Origin: Octopus vulgaris
Lineage: Eukaryota
Reading direction: 5' to 3'
Length of the DNA stretch: 64,000 nucleotides
Assembly (NCBI GenBank): GCA_951406725.2
Contig: OX597827.1
Span: 79,422,001-79,486,000 of the forward strand
Positions 11,734 to 27,500 of the stretch are shown here, in pieces. The notes beneath the pieces were generated by a model, which did no database searches, was not told the DNA's origin, and saw only the letters and a program-made list of their open reading frames with translations. The first letter of the stretch is position 1; each line of letters opens with the position of its first letter. A program made the translations under genes and the position numbers.

Positions 11734-13464
11734 TTTTGGTTTGTACTAGAGTTCAGTATAATCTTTAAATTGGAGATCTAAAAGAGAGAAAAATTATAAT
11801 TATTGGTCATAAATTAAAATTATATTCATCCATGCTTTTTGTTTACATAACATTGACAAGAATTTACAATGGATCCACTCCTTCTGTCTTTGTTTTCAAA
11901 TTTTCTATCACTCATACATTTTATCAATTCTTATAAATAAAGTAGTACTGTGTTGGGGTGGTGTCACTTAGGAAGGAAGGAACCGTATATGCAAGCCACA
12001 TATTTCATTACCTGGACTAAAAAGCAGGTTCCTGTTTTAGTTTAGTTATCTGAACATCTCTTGAGTGTGACAGTTACTTTGATTATGAATTCCCATGGTA
12101 ACAACACAAAACAAACATCTCAGAGCCTTGTACAGTCTTTGTTGAACCTCTTAGACCTTGCTAATTATTCTCAATTATAAACAATTATTTATATTTCTAT
12201 GTATTTAATTTTCTTGTGTACAACTAGCTGTTTGTGTTCAATGTGGCTAAAGGGTTGCATCATCTAATGTGTCGTTGATGTAGGTATACACATCTATGTC
12301 TGATATTGTTTTATTTTACTAACAAAGGGATCCTTGCATCAAAGAATCTATATTATTAGTTTTACACCAATCTTCTGAGAACCAGCTCATTAAAACCAGG
12401 TTAGTAACACAATTAAGTATGAGGACCTAAAATATTAAAAAATAAGTTTTAGGTTCACTAAGTATAATCGTTGTTATATAGATATTATCTTAGTTTCTCA
12501 GTCAAATAATATAATAAGTATAGTTGTATTTTTTTATTACTTTTAGTCATTGAATGCCTTCAAGGGTATAGTTAATTATATCAAATTTAGTATTTGACTG
12601 GCACTTGTTTCACAAGAATGAAAATCAAAACTTCAGAAAGGACATAACTAAATACCATGAAATATTTTGTTTGATGCCCTGCTGGTTCTCTCATCCATGA
12701 ACTATGCCAATATAAACTGCTAAGCCTTCATATTTTTTATATGAAAGAACGTTAAGGTAGCTAAAAAAAATTCCTCACAGTATATGGTTATATTGCTTTA
12801 TGTTCTTTGTTGAAATCCTGCCAGGATTGACTTTCAGCCTTCAATGGTTGATAAAATAAACATTAGTTATATACTAGCAGGATTAACTAAACTTATTCAC
12901 AAAGTTTTATGGGCATGTGAAAATATGAAAAGTTAGTGGAGGAGAAAAGTCTGTGCCAATTTAATTTTGTTGGAAAATTTGTCTATAGTGAACTGATAGA
13001 AAAGCAAGGTATCAAATTGAGTAATAAGGACAAATTTGTACCTCTTTCTGTATTTTCTCTTTTATTAATAAAAGTAAATGAAATAATTACTTTTACTTTT
13101 AAATAAACCATATTATGCATTAATATACTGAAATCACTTCTCTTTAAATGCATAAAATTTCACAGACAATGACTCAAAGAAAAGCAATTTCCTTGTTTTC
13201 TGGGCACTAATAAATGATTACTGATTGTAAATAAAAAACTTAGTATTCATATTTTAGCATTATAAATGTAATATAACTATTTGAATATTTGTTTGATGAG
13301 TGAGTACCTTGTAAGATACAAACTAAATTTATTACTATCTTCTGATAATAAAAAAAAAGTCAAATTTGTATATTTTCTAAAACAAATACTTTTTAAAGAA
13401 ATATTTTAAAATTATACTTTTTCTAAAAATTATAAGTGTAAGAATATGATGTGGAAAAACTTAC

Positions 13465-13580
13465 TTGCTCTTTTGTTGAAGTTAGTGTATGTGACAAGAC
13501 TGCTACATCTCTGTACTGTTCTTTGTAACTGCTGCAGCAAGAATGTGAAAATATTGATGGACTAGAGGTGTGAGTCAGAT
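13465..13580 (-). promoter_or_regulatory. Putative non-coding leader exon / core promoter of gene A
   Basis: Donor GCAA|GTAAGT at 13464; TGTGAGTCAG at 13569-13578, at similar spacing to the four other leader modules. 5' end inferred. Confidence 0.55.
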
Positions 13581-16500
13581 AGGGAGAGACAGCAGCTAAC
13601 ATTTTTCTCTTCATTTGTGCTATTGCATGAACTCTAGGTACAGGAAAAATTACTTGAGTACAAAATAGTTAGCTTGCTGTACAATATATGAAATACATAA
13701 AGCCTTTTACAAACATGTTTTCTCATGTATTTTCCCTATCAAAAATAGATTTAAAAGTAATTTTAATAAAAACATGTATGAAATATCAATTTTATTCGAA
13801 TATGTTTTCACTTATTATTTCAAAAATTAGTTAACAACTTAAAAGTAACATTTTTGTTATTCACATAGCATTGTTAAATGCATATGTAATGTTAAATTTG
13901 ACAAATTTACTGACATATTATTTTTTTTAATGTTTTTGTTCATATTTACTTCAGTTAATATTACAACTATCAGTACATGCCATCATGGTAAATGATGATT
14001 ATTACGCTTGATTAAGAGTGACCTCATAACTAAAGATTGCAAATACAGTTATGTGTATATTAATAAAAGCCTTTGATTTATAGAGATGCGAAAATGCACA
14101 TTGCCACATTTATTTATTTCCCAGGCATACCATTGCATCACAACAAATCTTTATGAGAGTGTAATGAAACACTAAGATAAAATGAAAGAAAGAAACCACT
14201 GTAACACAGTTGTTATCTTAAGATCCTTTATTTAAGTGAAAATGCTATCATGTGGAACATTCTCTGAGAAACTACCAAAAAACAAAAAAAGTTTTTGACA
14301 CTTTATAGTTTAGACAACATACTCTACTCGAAGTATAACTTGTAAGAATTTTTACATATGTAGCATCATCCACTGATTACATTTATACAGTTGAGAAAGC
14401 ATAAACGTGTCAGTTTCCTTTGTTTAAATGCATAATGTCAGCTATCAAAATACAGACATTTTGGATTCTGTCAAGGCCTCTGGATACTGAGTTTCATGGA
14501 AGAGATAGACAAAGAACTAGGCTGAGTGGTAACATGCAGTGCTGGAGAAGACTCATCTCTCTGTGCAAAACCCAATAGGTCCTCATTAAACCTGCATATG
14601 TTACTTCCTCTTTGATATCTTCTCATTTCTCTGTCACTCATTTCTCCATTATTCTCCTCTCTTTACTCACTTTCTCCCTCTCTCTTACATTTACTGTTGT
14701 ATTCCATCTGAGTAGCTAAGGATGACAGTGTCTCATACATCCTACTATCACCCTTTCTATACTGCCAGTTATTACTACCAGTCATCGCTCTCTTGTTCCT
14801 TAAGCCACTTGCTATTGGCATCCATAACTCACCCTTACTATTGTCAACATCCAACTCTAATACTTTCTATTACTTTCTCTTCCCTTCTACCATCCTTTCA
14901 TGCAATCACTCTGTTTCTGCCATCATACTCTTGCAACATTAACTGCACCTTCCTAGTTCTTCTGTCATTGCTCTTTCTATTTTCTTAAACACGTTAACTT
15001 GAGTGAATGACCACTTTATAAAATAATGAAGACTCTTTAGTCTTAAGGGATAAAAGACAATCTCACTTGCCATGATAAAATACATCCAGTATGTGCTGTA
15101 AATTTATGAGCAAGTTGTGGTTCTCTAACCCAACTAAGATGGGAGTAACATTCAATATGAACTCACTCAGACCATGATGACCTGTTTAATCTATACCAAC
15201 GTGGAGAGTGGATGTAAAATGTCAACGGTGATATTTTAATCCTTTAACTGTGAAATTAAATTTCATGGTTATTCCAGTAATAATGTTAAATATCTACCAG
15301 AAAATAGAATTGGTATTTTCTTTAAGCTAAGTTGCCTCAATAAACTTGATATATTTCAATAAAATATCGTTTCAAAAATTACATTCTTCAACAAAAGATA
15401 GATTGGGATATAAAACTGCTCTATGGCAGCTTAATTATAATGGTTCACAAAGGGTAAATATTTTTCTCAATTTTTTAATATAGGTTTAAGACAGAAGAAA
15501 CATTTATCATTTTTATTAGAAGTTAAGTAAAACAAGATTTGTTATAAAACATGGAGTTTTTTTTTTGTGTGTGTTACAGGAACATCCCTTCAACATTTTA
15601 AGGCATAGAAACAATTTTCTACTTTCCTGCCTTCATGTATATTTAAACACTAAAAAGTCTCTATATGACTTTTTAATCAATTTTTCTAATGAGAATTCAA
15701 TATATTTCTTATCAAGTTTAGACCTTTAAGTAGATATTTTTAAGTTGAATAATGTACTTAAAAGAACTATTTGAATAATTTTATTCCATTTCCAGATGCA
15801 GGTATCTCAACAAATTCTTTTTCCTTTCCATATATTTTCTCATGTTTTTGTCTCCCCTCCACCCTGGATTTCACCCTGTTAATAGAAATGACTTTTTTCC
15901 TAATGACACATGGTATTGGCATTCATGTTTTAGATTATGTTTCTTTGGAATTTTATAAAATAATATTTTCTGGAAAATTTTTTAAAAATGTTAATCTTTC
16001 AGTTCTATTTATATATTTATTTTTAATGATGTTTTAGGTTAATCTAATTCTTTGTTTGATAGTTTTTTTTCTTTAGATGATGAGTCAGTAGAAATTAGAG
16101 TAGAATTTTTGATAATTTGTAGAAGTACTGTTTTCTTTTTGTGGAATATTGTTGGAAAAATAATTAAGATGCAAATATCTAATTTCCTCTGTTTTGAATG
16201 TAAATATAATAATGGGAAATATTGGATATGATTACATGTGAAACATGTGTATGAGTATGTTATACTCATTTGATAATTTTTAAGTTATAGTATATCCATC
16301 AGTTCTGATATAATTTTCATCAATACTTTTGGTAACAGAGTGCTAATGAACTAGGAATGATACAATCCCTTAAAATATTTTATACAACTTTTTGGATAGA
16401 TTATATCACAGTATTATTGCATACTGTTTAATTTTCACAATGATGATTATTTGTCAATACAACATTCCACATTCTTTTATTAAAGGACAAAGGATTTGTC

Positions 16501-17016
16501 ATTCTAATATCTTCTTTTTCCTCTACCTCATTCTCTGTGTCTCTTCTCTTTGCCCTACTTTTGCAGTCATTGTTCTCTCCTATGCCTTTCATGAATAGTA
16601 GGATCCCTTCCCCAAATTTCTGTCTGCTTTATGATAGGTTCTATCTAAGGCTATACTTTGCATTGTGATGATTGCTTGTATTTAAGGCTATAGTTGCTTT
16701 TTGGCTGCAGACTGCTGTTATTGCAGCTGCTGAAACAGTCTGTACATGCTGGTTGTTTCCCATTAAGGATTATAGATTTTCATTTTTTTCTTGACTTAGC
16801 ACTACTTGTCAAAGTATATTATTTAGGTTTAACATTGTGTGGCTTATTAGTAATCTACTCAATTGCTGCAATGATTAGCATAGTTTACTTCAAGTATATT
16901 CAGGAAAAAAATCTGTTTTTACACTGAAAACTTTAGCTTCAATTAGGGAAGACTTGGATAGGAATTAGCAAGATTTATTTGCCAGGAATGTGGTTATAAA
17001 TTAATCTAAACTACTA

Positions 17017-18113
<1,097 letters not shown>

Positions 18114-18129
18114 ATAGTAATAATAATAG

Positions 18130-19020
18130 TGATAAGAAGAATATATGGTGAAGAAAGTATGTTGTCAATGGCTAGAAATGTCCAAAAGGTTTTTGAAAGA
18201 GTAGGAGAATTCAAGAAAAGAAGGAAGAACAGCAGAACAAATAGCCGGAAAGAGAAGAAATTACGCAGCCAATTCATGCAACAAACTGAGAATATTGGAA
18301 GTAAAGAACATTGGATGTAGCTGATGGACGAAAACCTAAAATGAGAAACAGAAGTCAATAAGATGAATTTGATAAAAGCAAAGTTTGATGAAACTCAGAG
18401 AGTAAATACAGAATCTGTGGGAAAGGAGATGAAAGTATTAATCTCCTAAGTGAATGCAATAAGCTGGCATGAAAAGAATATATGCACAGGTATGACTGTG
18501 TGCGTAAAAGAGTGCATTAGGATGTTAACTGAGTGTGTGGATACAAAATGTAGAAAAGTTGTATGAAAACAAGTCAGAAGCTGAGAGAGAGATTAAGGAT
18601 TACAGGATTTTAAAGACAGACCATACTGTTGAAGCAAAAAAAAAAAACAGATATGATTATTGAGGACAAAAGAAGCAAGCAGTGTAAGATCATAGACTTT
18701 GCAATAGCTTGTTATAATGGATTAGATACCAAAGAAAGTGAAAAAAACTGAGAAATAATTGGATTGAGCCTGAGAGATGAAAAGACTGTGGAAGACTAAG
18801 ATGGCAATTATTCATGTGGCAATTGGTGCACTTTGCATAACACCCAAAATACTGCCACCTAAGAGTCTGAAAGAGATTGGAATTGAGACTTGCATTGCTG
18901 ACCTGCAGAAAAGTGCCCTATTGTATTCTGCAAGAATCTTAAGAAGAAAGATTCTTGAGATTTGAGGAGACTTGTTGCCACTTAACCTGAAGACAACATC
19001 CCTGCTCACTAATGTAGAAT
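18130..19020 (+). mobile_element. 3' relic of an R4/Dong-like non-LTR retrotransposon (restriction-like endonuclease)
   Basis: Fragments ECNKLA*KEY..RYD (CCHC region), DMIIEDKR..CKIIDFAI (PD..D nuclease), EMKRLWK..IIHVAIGAL..TPK, LQKSALLYSARILR. Disabled. Confidence 0.65.
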
Positions 19021-20113
19021 GTAAAAGTTTAAATATTAGGTTTTTATCTTATTAGTTGTCTCTTGAGAAAAATAAAAGTTATTTCAAATTACATTTTGAA
19101 ATATAGTTGTCATTGTTTAGCTCCAGATCAGTCACCATTATAAAAGGCCTATGATCAATTTATCTTTTATTTGAACATACTTTATTTTCATGTGTCCTTC
19201 CTCTTTTAAGATGGTACTATATGATCTGGGCGGAAATGTTTTGTTATTTCTAACAAATTGAGAAACCATATATAGGTTTTGTTGTTGGTTTCTCTAATAT
19301 AAATTAAATTAAAATTAAATTAAATTAAAAAAATTGAATTAAAAAAATTTTAGAGTTTTATATATTTGTATTGTGATTTGTTGCTTGTAGATATCTTTGT
19401 GTTGTTGAATGTGTGTTTAATGTAGTAGATTAATGAAACTGACAGCTTCTATTTTAGTAACTGAATCTTGTGGAAGTCTTTTGGATTTGCAATTATAAGT
19501 CAATTATTATTTTAAATTCATAGCTGGCTGGCAAGTAAAATGCCAGAATAAATAATTTTATAGTATTTAACTATGTTACTCTGCATTCTGAAATTAAATC
19601 ACATTGGAATGTAAAGATCTATAATATTCTCCACAAAAACTGACCTTGAGTCTTAGAATGGAGTCATTATTGTTACTACATTCGTAATCATGACAGATTA
19701 AATGCCTTAGAATTTACCTTTGTTCCTATCTCCTGCTGGAAGTTGACTTTGCTATTAAAACTTCTGTGTTGTTTAAATTAATACCAGTTGTGTAATGAGA
19801 TTGATTCAGTCAATTATATTCCTCATCAAAATTTATGACCTTGCTTATGTCTGTTAAGGTGTTGAAATATTCTAAGTTGTTTGATCCCATCTAATCCATC
19901 TGGTTCCTCATTAAGTTTTGTGAAGTGGGCTGAAATCTCTCTGACAGAAATTTTGTTCATGGAATTTCTTATTTCTCTGAGCCATCAACTATCAAACAAA
20001 GTGACTGTGTTAGTCTGTTGAAATGTTCCTGCATTAAGAGTAAGTGGAGAAATACATGCAGCAAAGTGGATGTTACATTTCAGACTGAAGCTCAAGATAG
20101 TTGATTTTATGAA

Positions 20114-21358
20114 TGTGGGCAGAAAATTCTTAAGCTAAGAAGGAGTGAAGCTAGAGCTGCAGTCATGCATGCATTAATTTCAACTTCTCTTATTAATAAC
20201 TGCATTGTTTCTTTCCATGTAAACTGACATCTAACTGTTCAAAGAAGACTTCATAAGAAACTTGAGACAGCTTCTCTTGAAAATGGACAAAATTTAGTAT
20301 CATGGTGTTATTGAGTATCTGCAGATAAAAAAGGGTTTAGCACCCATGAACATGCACGCTGACATGATTGCTACATTAGGGGCTGACACTCCAGCTTTAT
20401 CAACAATGCAAAAGTGGATAGGTAAATTTAAGAGGGAAATGGAGATACTTAAAGATGATCCAAGATCTGTACAGCAACTGCCACCACTGAAGAAAACGTT
20501 GATTGTGTTCACCATATGGAGATGGATGACAGGCAATTGACTATAAATCAAATAGCCAATGCTGTTCGCATATTCTGTAAAAGAGTTGAGAATATTCTGC
20601 TCAATGAACTTGACATGATGAAGTTTTCTGTTCAGTGGGTACCATGTCTTCTGATATCTGATCAAAAGCACATCAGGCGATCACATCACAGGAAAATCTG
20701 ACATTGCTTGAGGTAGTTCCAGCTGGTTTCCTTGAACATTTTCTAACCCAGGATAAGTATTGGGTTCATCACTTTGAGTCAAAGACAAAGAGATAATCCA
20801 TGCAGTAGAAACACCCCTCCTCACCTGCTTCGAAGAAGGTCAAGGTGACAACCTCACCCTTTTAGGATGCAAGAGGCATTGTGTTTATTGAGTAACTTCA
20901 AAAGGGCCACACCATCAATGGAGAGTAATATGTCAACTTACTGAGGCAGTTACAAAAGGCTATCAAGACCAAATGTCCAGGAAAACTGATAAAAGGGGTC
21001 TTATTTCATCAGAATAATGATCCAGCACACAAGTGCGACTGTGGCTTTGAAGTGGTTGATCCTCCTCCTTATTCTCCTGATTTTGCTCCATTTGACTACT
21101 ATCTGTTTTCCAACGTGAAAAAAGAATAAAAAAACGCTTGGCTAGGAAGCAGTATCACAGTGATGCTGATGTCATATCCATTGTTGATGACCTTTTTTGA
21201 TCAACTGGATGAAAAATTTTTCACCGATGGGATCCTAGCACTGCAACACTGACTGAAGAACTGTATGGTCTGCAAAGGGTCTATGTTCAAAATAAACCTT
21301 ACTTGGTCATATTCTATGACAGTATCATCGCCAGCCTTTGAAATTTTCTGCTGACACT
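20114..21358 (+). mobile_element. Near full-length decayed mariner transposon
   Basis: HTH region (..KWIGKFKR..DDPRS), WVPCLL, DKYWVHHF, LFHQNNDPAH, PPYSPDFAPFDYYLF. Imperfect TIRs (gcagaaaatt at ~20118; aattttctgc at ~21342). Stops and frameshifts. Confidence 0.85.
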
Positions 21359-21361
21359 TGT

Positions 21362-22213
21362 ATCATCATCATCATCATCATCGTTTAGCGTCCGTTTTCC
21401 ATGCTAGCATGGGTTGGACGGGTCAACTGGGGTCTGTGAAGCTGGAAGGCTTCGTCAGGCCCAGTCAGATCTGGCAGTGTTTCTACGGCTGGATGCCCTT
21501 CCTAACGCCAACCACTCCGCGAGTGTAGTGGGTGTTTTTTTACGTGCCACCCGCACAGGTGCCAGACAGAGCTGGCGAACGGCCACGAACGGATGGTGCT
21601 TTTACGTGTCACCGGCACGGGGCCAGGCGAGGCTGGCAACGAACACGAACGGATGGTGCTTTTACGTGCCACCGACACGGGGCCAGGCAGAGCTGGCAAA
21701 CGGCCATGAGCGAATGGTGCTTTTACGTATCACCGGCACGGGTGCCAGACGAGGCTGACAGCGGACACGAACAGATGGGTCACTTAACCCCTGCTTTCTG
21801 ATATATGATTTGATTTTGATTGTTCTCACTGGTCTTGCCGGGTCTTCTCACGCACAGCATACTTCCATAGGTCTCGGTCTCTGGTCATTTCCTTGGTGAG
21901 ACCTAGAGTTCGAAGGTCGTGCTTCACCACCTCGACCCAGGTTTTCCTGGGTCTACCTCTTCCACAGGTCCCCTCAACTGCCAGGGTGTGGCACTTTTTC
22001 ACACACCTATCTTCATCCATTCTCACCACATGACCATACCAGCGCAATCGTCTCTCTTGCACACAACATCTGATTCCTCTTAGGTCCAACTTTTCTCTCA
22101 AGGTACTTACACTCTGTCGACTATGAACACTGACATTACACATCCAACGGAGCATACTAGCTTCATTTCTCGCGAGCTTACGCATGTCCTCAGCAGTCAC
22201 AGCCCATGTTTCA
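21362..22213 (-). mobile_element. RTE LINE 3' fragment with tandem ~60-bp repeats in the 3'UTR
   Basis: ORF 21826-22221 ETWAVTAEDMRKL...RRLRWYGHV...GRGRPRKTW. (CAT)n end; about four copies of atggtgcttttacgtg..accggcacggg. CpG-rich, so probably a young copy. Confidence 0.88.
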
Positions 22214-23299
22214 TGTTTCATGTATAGATAAAGAATTTAGTAATATTGTTTGCTGCTACTGTAAATTTTATCCTTGATATGATTTTTATCTGTTCCACAT
22301 TGGCCAAATATTTAAAACATGAGTTACCTATTTTAATCTTATCACTGACATTGGTTTTCTCACTAAATCAAATGCAATATGATACTTGTATTCTCTAGTT
22401 TTAATCTGGAAAATTGATGAATCTTTGCTTTTCACTATGGTAAATATCATATTCCTTCTTTTTTGCTCCATTTTCTAATTATCAGTAAGGCAAGATGGGG
22501 TCTTTTGTGCTATAGTGAATGTAATCCATTTAAACCTGTATGAAATTAAACTAAATGTTGTAGAGACGGTTCCACATTTAAAAAATGATATACATCCATT
22601 CTAACCTATGACAGTGGTTAACAAGTAGAATAGCATCAATCTATAAAATCTCAGCCAAAGCATACAAGAGAGAAAATTTTGAAGTATGCTTAACTTTATT
22701 AACAGTTATCATATATGAATTTGATGATGACAATAATAGTGCTACTGTTAATCACTCCCAACATCATTACAGAATCCTGCTTCTCTTCATCTAATTTGTT
22801 TCAGTATAAGTCCTTGATTAGTTAACATAATGTTAATGTAAAATTGAGTTGGAGAAGCAGAAATATGGTAGTGATGTAAGAATTGAGACAAATTAACATG
22901 TATTGTGTGCAAGAAACTTGCCATGACATTTTAATTCTCATTTTGCTGTTCCTTTGCTTACAATGAAAATGCTAGAGAAATATGCTGGATTTTCTTTCTT
23001 ATTAAAAAAAATATTGATAATATCAATGTAATTTGTTTATTGTACTCTAGATACAATATAGAATGTGTACTCTTCAGACAAGAACTCATGAAAGTCATGT
23101 GAAAGAGTAATGAAATATGTTCTTGCCTAATGAAGTGAATTTGTGATTTCATAAGATCTGTCAGAGTTTGGACTAGCAATTGTAGGAAGTGTGTAGCTTG
23201 AAGTGTGTTATGCATAAGTAGCAGTATTGGTGCTATTAGATGTAACTTGCCAAATCCTTCAATCTCTCTCTGTTTCTGCAGAGATATGTCTCAATCTTT

Positions 23300-24500
23300 G
23301 GAAACACTACAGTGTATCTCATTTCCAATTACCCTGGGACAACTGCTCAGAGCACTCCTACTACTGTCCTATCTTAATATGTTGCTGAAAGTGATGGCAA
23401 CAGACATTAGCAGCACCCTTTTCCAACTTATTGAATCTGTATTCCTCCATAATGACCACCGGTACAGATTTCATAAACTGTATCTGTTAGCAACCAACTC
23501 TACCTTGTCACTCACTAGTGGGCTCACTCCCATAAGAAAATTAGTGAAAAGCTTTTGACCATCTGGCAAGCAAATTTGCTTGAATATGGTCTTCATCAAT
23601 CATTCACTCTAAGTGGTTTCCTATCAATTGCTTTACGTGACCATTGCAGTACATATTGACAGTGCTTTCTCTATACTTCGTCAGCTCAAGTGAGAGTTTG
23701 TTTTTGTCCTCATATACTTCCATATATCAATGGCCTACTTGCTACTGCCTCAAACAATGCCTATTCCTCACAGATGATACCAGCTTTCATTCCTCCTTCA
23801 TCTTTTCCACTAAAGCACCATTTACATCTTTGAAACCATATGTCAAATTTATACAGACACCATGAACAGACCTCATTAAACCCTCCTATGAGGTTATGCC
23901 AATATTGTCTCAACACCAAAAAAAGGTAATGACTGGTCATATCTAGAAAACACTGTTGCACCTACCTTAAACTTCATGATTACTTCAATGCTAGGTCTCA
24001 CTTTCACAGAGGATTTCTTCTGGTCAACATATGTCCTTAACATAGTAAGGGTTGCATCCTAGTGATGGATATTTCTCTTCAGAAATACCTCAATACCCTT
24101 CAACTAATAATCCTCTACAAAGATCAAGAGAAACCCACAATGGATACAGCTTCTATATCAGGGATGATGTTACAACACACAAACATCCTAGCTGAATTAA
24201 GGGGAAGGCCCCCTTGACTAATTGATATGAAGTTAGACTTATTTGCCTGAAGTTAAAGTTTGTCACTGACAAATTTTAACTTCTGGCCCACTGATATGCC
24301 ATCTCTTCTCTCTGCCTTTCTTGATACTTTATCAATAGATTTTGCTCTACAGTGTTGGCTTGTGTTGAACCACCTCCACTCAGGTTCTCTTGACTCTTCT
24401 CCAGTTATTACCTATATTGTGACTAATTCTCAGTACTGACTCTCATGTCCTCTCCTTCTTCCCTTGAACATTAGCTTTCTGGAATATCCTCCCTACACAT
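23300..24500 (+). mobile_element. Highly decayed LINE (CR1/Jockey-like) RT relic
   Basis: Weak fragments such as LGLTFTEDFFWSTYV and LIILYK..KPTM; boundaries approximate. Confidence 0.4.
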
Positions 24501-27500
24501 CACATATAGTTCCTGCAATAATTGACTTGCAACACATTAAGCTGAATATTAGCAGTATCTTTCTTGTTAGACTTGGAGGATAATGGCCATGGGTGTAGCT
24601 CCTTCCTGAGGTCCAAATTAATAAAGTAAAAAAAAGTTCCAATTTTCAAAAACAAAATATATTCGAAATATGTCTTCTTTAACTTTGATACATGCAATAT
24701 TACTTCATGGATTATGATACTCAACATTCAAATGGGAAAATAAATTTAGTCTTTTCTTATATACATGTTTATTTAGGTGTTTGAATTAAGCAAGAAAAAT
24801 AATCACCATAGTTCAGTTAAAATTAAATTCGATCTTTAAATCATAATTCTTTTTTCATAATTTTGTGAAATTAAAAAAATGTAATGAATGGAAGCAACTG
24901 CAAACAATGTCTTTTGTTGTCAATGAAATGATATTTTATTATATTGCCAAGGGTTTCTTACATTATTCAGAGAGAACAATGATGTTCATATAGATGCTTC
25001 TCATTTAAAGTGGGATATTTTTAGTTTCATGAATGCATATCATTTTATCTAGAATCATTCAAAGGCAGCTAATGAGAAAAATTACAATTTGTACATTAAA
25101 ATAGTGAACTTAGAATGTAAAAAATAAAAAAAATAAATTATATTGTGAAAGAGAAAAATATGATGGTGTATATCAATAGTTATTTAGTACTGACAGTCAA
25201 AGGCTTTAATATTTAAACAAGAATTTCTTATATTGTTACAATATGAAATTCCAAATAGGCATTTAACTTTTCATATGTAAAAACACTAAATAGCTTTGTA
25301 CATAATTTTTTTATTTTTCTCAACATAACCAGAATATTGATTTATTCATTTGACATTATTATCAACGTAATTTGAAACAGTTTATTAAAAAAAGGAAAAC
25401 TGCATTGCATAATTGAGCTTGCCAATCAGAATAGTTTTACATTTCACCCCATATTTACAAAATTTAATTACAAATTAAAAAAGATCTATAATACAACAAC
25501 AGACAACTTATAATGGCTTTAATTACATAAGATGGCAGTTAACATCATACATGTTGAGTTATGTATAGCTCACAGCCTGGGTAAAAGTATCAGGATGATT
25601 GGAAAAAATTGGTGAATCAGATGTTTTGTTTTAATGAAATTTTAATGAAATCATGAATTTACACTAAATTTTAACAATGCCTCTTAACAACATTTCCTTT
25701 AAACCTATCTTTTCATGCATGGTATTAATTACAACACAGAAGAATTTTACATCCATTATTGAGAACAATTCAGTTTATGATTTTAACAAAGAAAGATTTT
25801 GAAAATGGAATGCATTTTCTTTAACTTGTTTTAAAAGTCCATATTTAAAAAGTTGTTTTTGAATTTACTTCTCTAAGATTTCCAGAAGTTCAATCTCAGA
25901 TATCTAGTTTATTTTGTAATGTTGCAAGTTTCTTTTGGTTACAACATAAGGAAATAGACAAATTTTCCTTTCATATATATATTATCTATATGCAATTACA
26001 TAAGTTGTGAATCCATCAAAAGAATATGAGCCTGGAATTTGAAGATTATTATTAAAAATATGATAAACAAATACACATCCAAATTCATTAAACAAACTAT
26101 TTAAATATACATCCACATTCACTAAACAAAGTTATATAAAATAGCGAAATAATGACCAAATATCAAATCATATTTTTACGGTTTGCTAAATACAGAGTTT
26201 TCTATAATTATGATAGCACGAAAATGTTTATGTTTACTTATGGTACATCTATATGTTGTTACAAAACATTATAATCAACTATGCTTTACACATCACTTGT
26301 GATGTTAGTCATCAAATTATGATCTTAAAGATTGTAATTTTAGTTTTTTAAATATATATAGCAGTGATTTTTCTTGTTATTGTTTTGTATATTTAATAAA
26401 ACTAATGAGAAATTGGTTTAGATAATTTTAAGGGCCTGATCTCAAAATACTTTTGTTCTTTTCCATATGACAATTACATTTATTAATTTTAAAAAACTTA
26501 TAGTCAGGAGGGAAGGCAGTGCTTATGACTCTTTTCAGGGCTTCTGACATTGGTGGGAAGGAGGTATTCTTAAACCAAAGCCTGACTCAAATGCTTGCAA
26601 TACAGTGGATCCCAATAAAGGCACCCAAAGTATGAAGTAGTGATGTTAAGCTGGGTAATGGATTAGGTCTGCCACCAATGCAAGCCATAGCAGGATTTGA
26701 ACATAGAATACAAAATCCAGAACAAATATTCTTTTCTACTCTAGGAACTATGGCCCATCCAGAACAAATATTACAAGGTATCTGGACTGACATTTTGATA
26801 GTTACAACAATCCACCACCCTGAATTGGTACTTTTTTATGAACTCTACTTAGATGAAAAGCAAAATTAGCTTTAATGCTACTTGAACTCAAAGTACAGTG
26901 AGTTGGAATAAATACTGTGCGGCATTTTTTATACTCTTGTGGATTACTTGTTACTGATGTAGATTCACATCAGTTTTCTCTGATTGTAAATTCTACCTTC
27001 ATATTATCCTTAACAGAAATTTTTGAAGAATGAATACCACATATTGCAGCTTTTTGGTTATTTTTAATGCTTTAAGAAACTGCGTTATTGCAGCAAATTT
27101 ATGAAGAAAAAATTTAAAGCCTTACCCATATTACATATTTTTTTATTGTTGTTGTTGAAGGCTGTTTCTGATATTATGTCTCAGTATAATATTTCATGAG
27201 ATGTATTACAGTAATTTTATGGTGATAAACACTTTGAATAAGTCTATGACAATCAGTTCATATACGATGCATTTTGAAGCCTAATCAAACTGAACTCAAA
27301 TGTTAGCAATATTACTTTAATATGCAAGGTATATCATGAGCTACACATAGCATTTAAATTATCTCATGGATAAATATTAATTTAGTTGAAATATTTATTA
27401 TCACAACAGAAATTTGAAAATTTCGAAATATATTTTAGTGCATGTGTGAGTGTTTGGTGTGTTTTATATACATTTTCTGTTTATTTTTTATTTGAAACTC

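Noticed and set aside
15780-15885. Possible minus-strand exon after tttctattaacag
   Set aside because: No similarity to E2/E3, and the phase-0 and phase-1 frames close quickly.
14663-16927. Numerous 60-90 aa ORFs
   Set aside because: Compositionally biased AT-rich chance ORFs with no recognisable domains or splice context.
21540-21770. Spaced ~60-bp repeats resembling a CRISPR array (also 48480-48725 and 57095-57275)
   Set aside because: The whole units are homologous with no unique spacers, they lie in an RTE LINE 3'UTR, the context is eukaryotic and there are no cas genes.
25500-25625. GGTGAATCAG at ~25610 as a sixth leader module
   Set aside because: No intact GT donor at the expected spacing and no convincing alignment to the other leaders.
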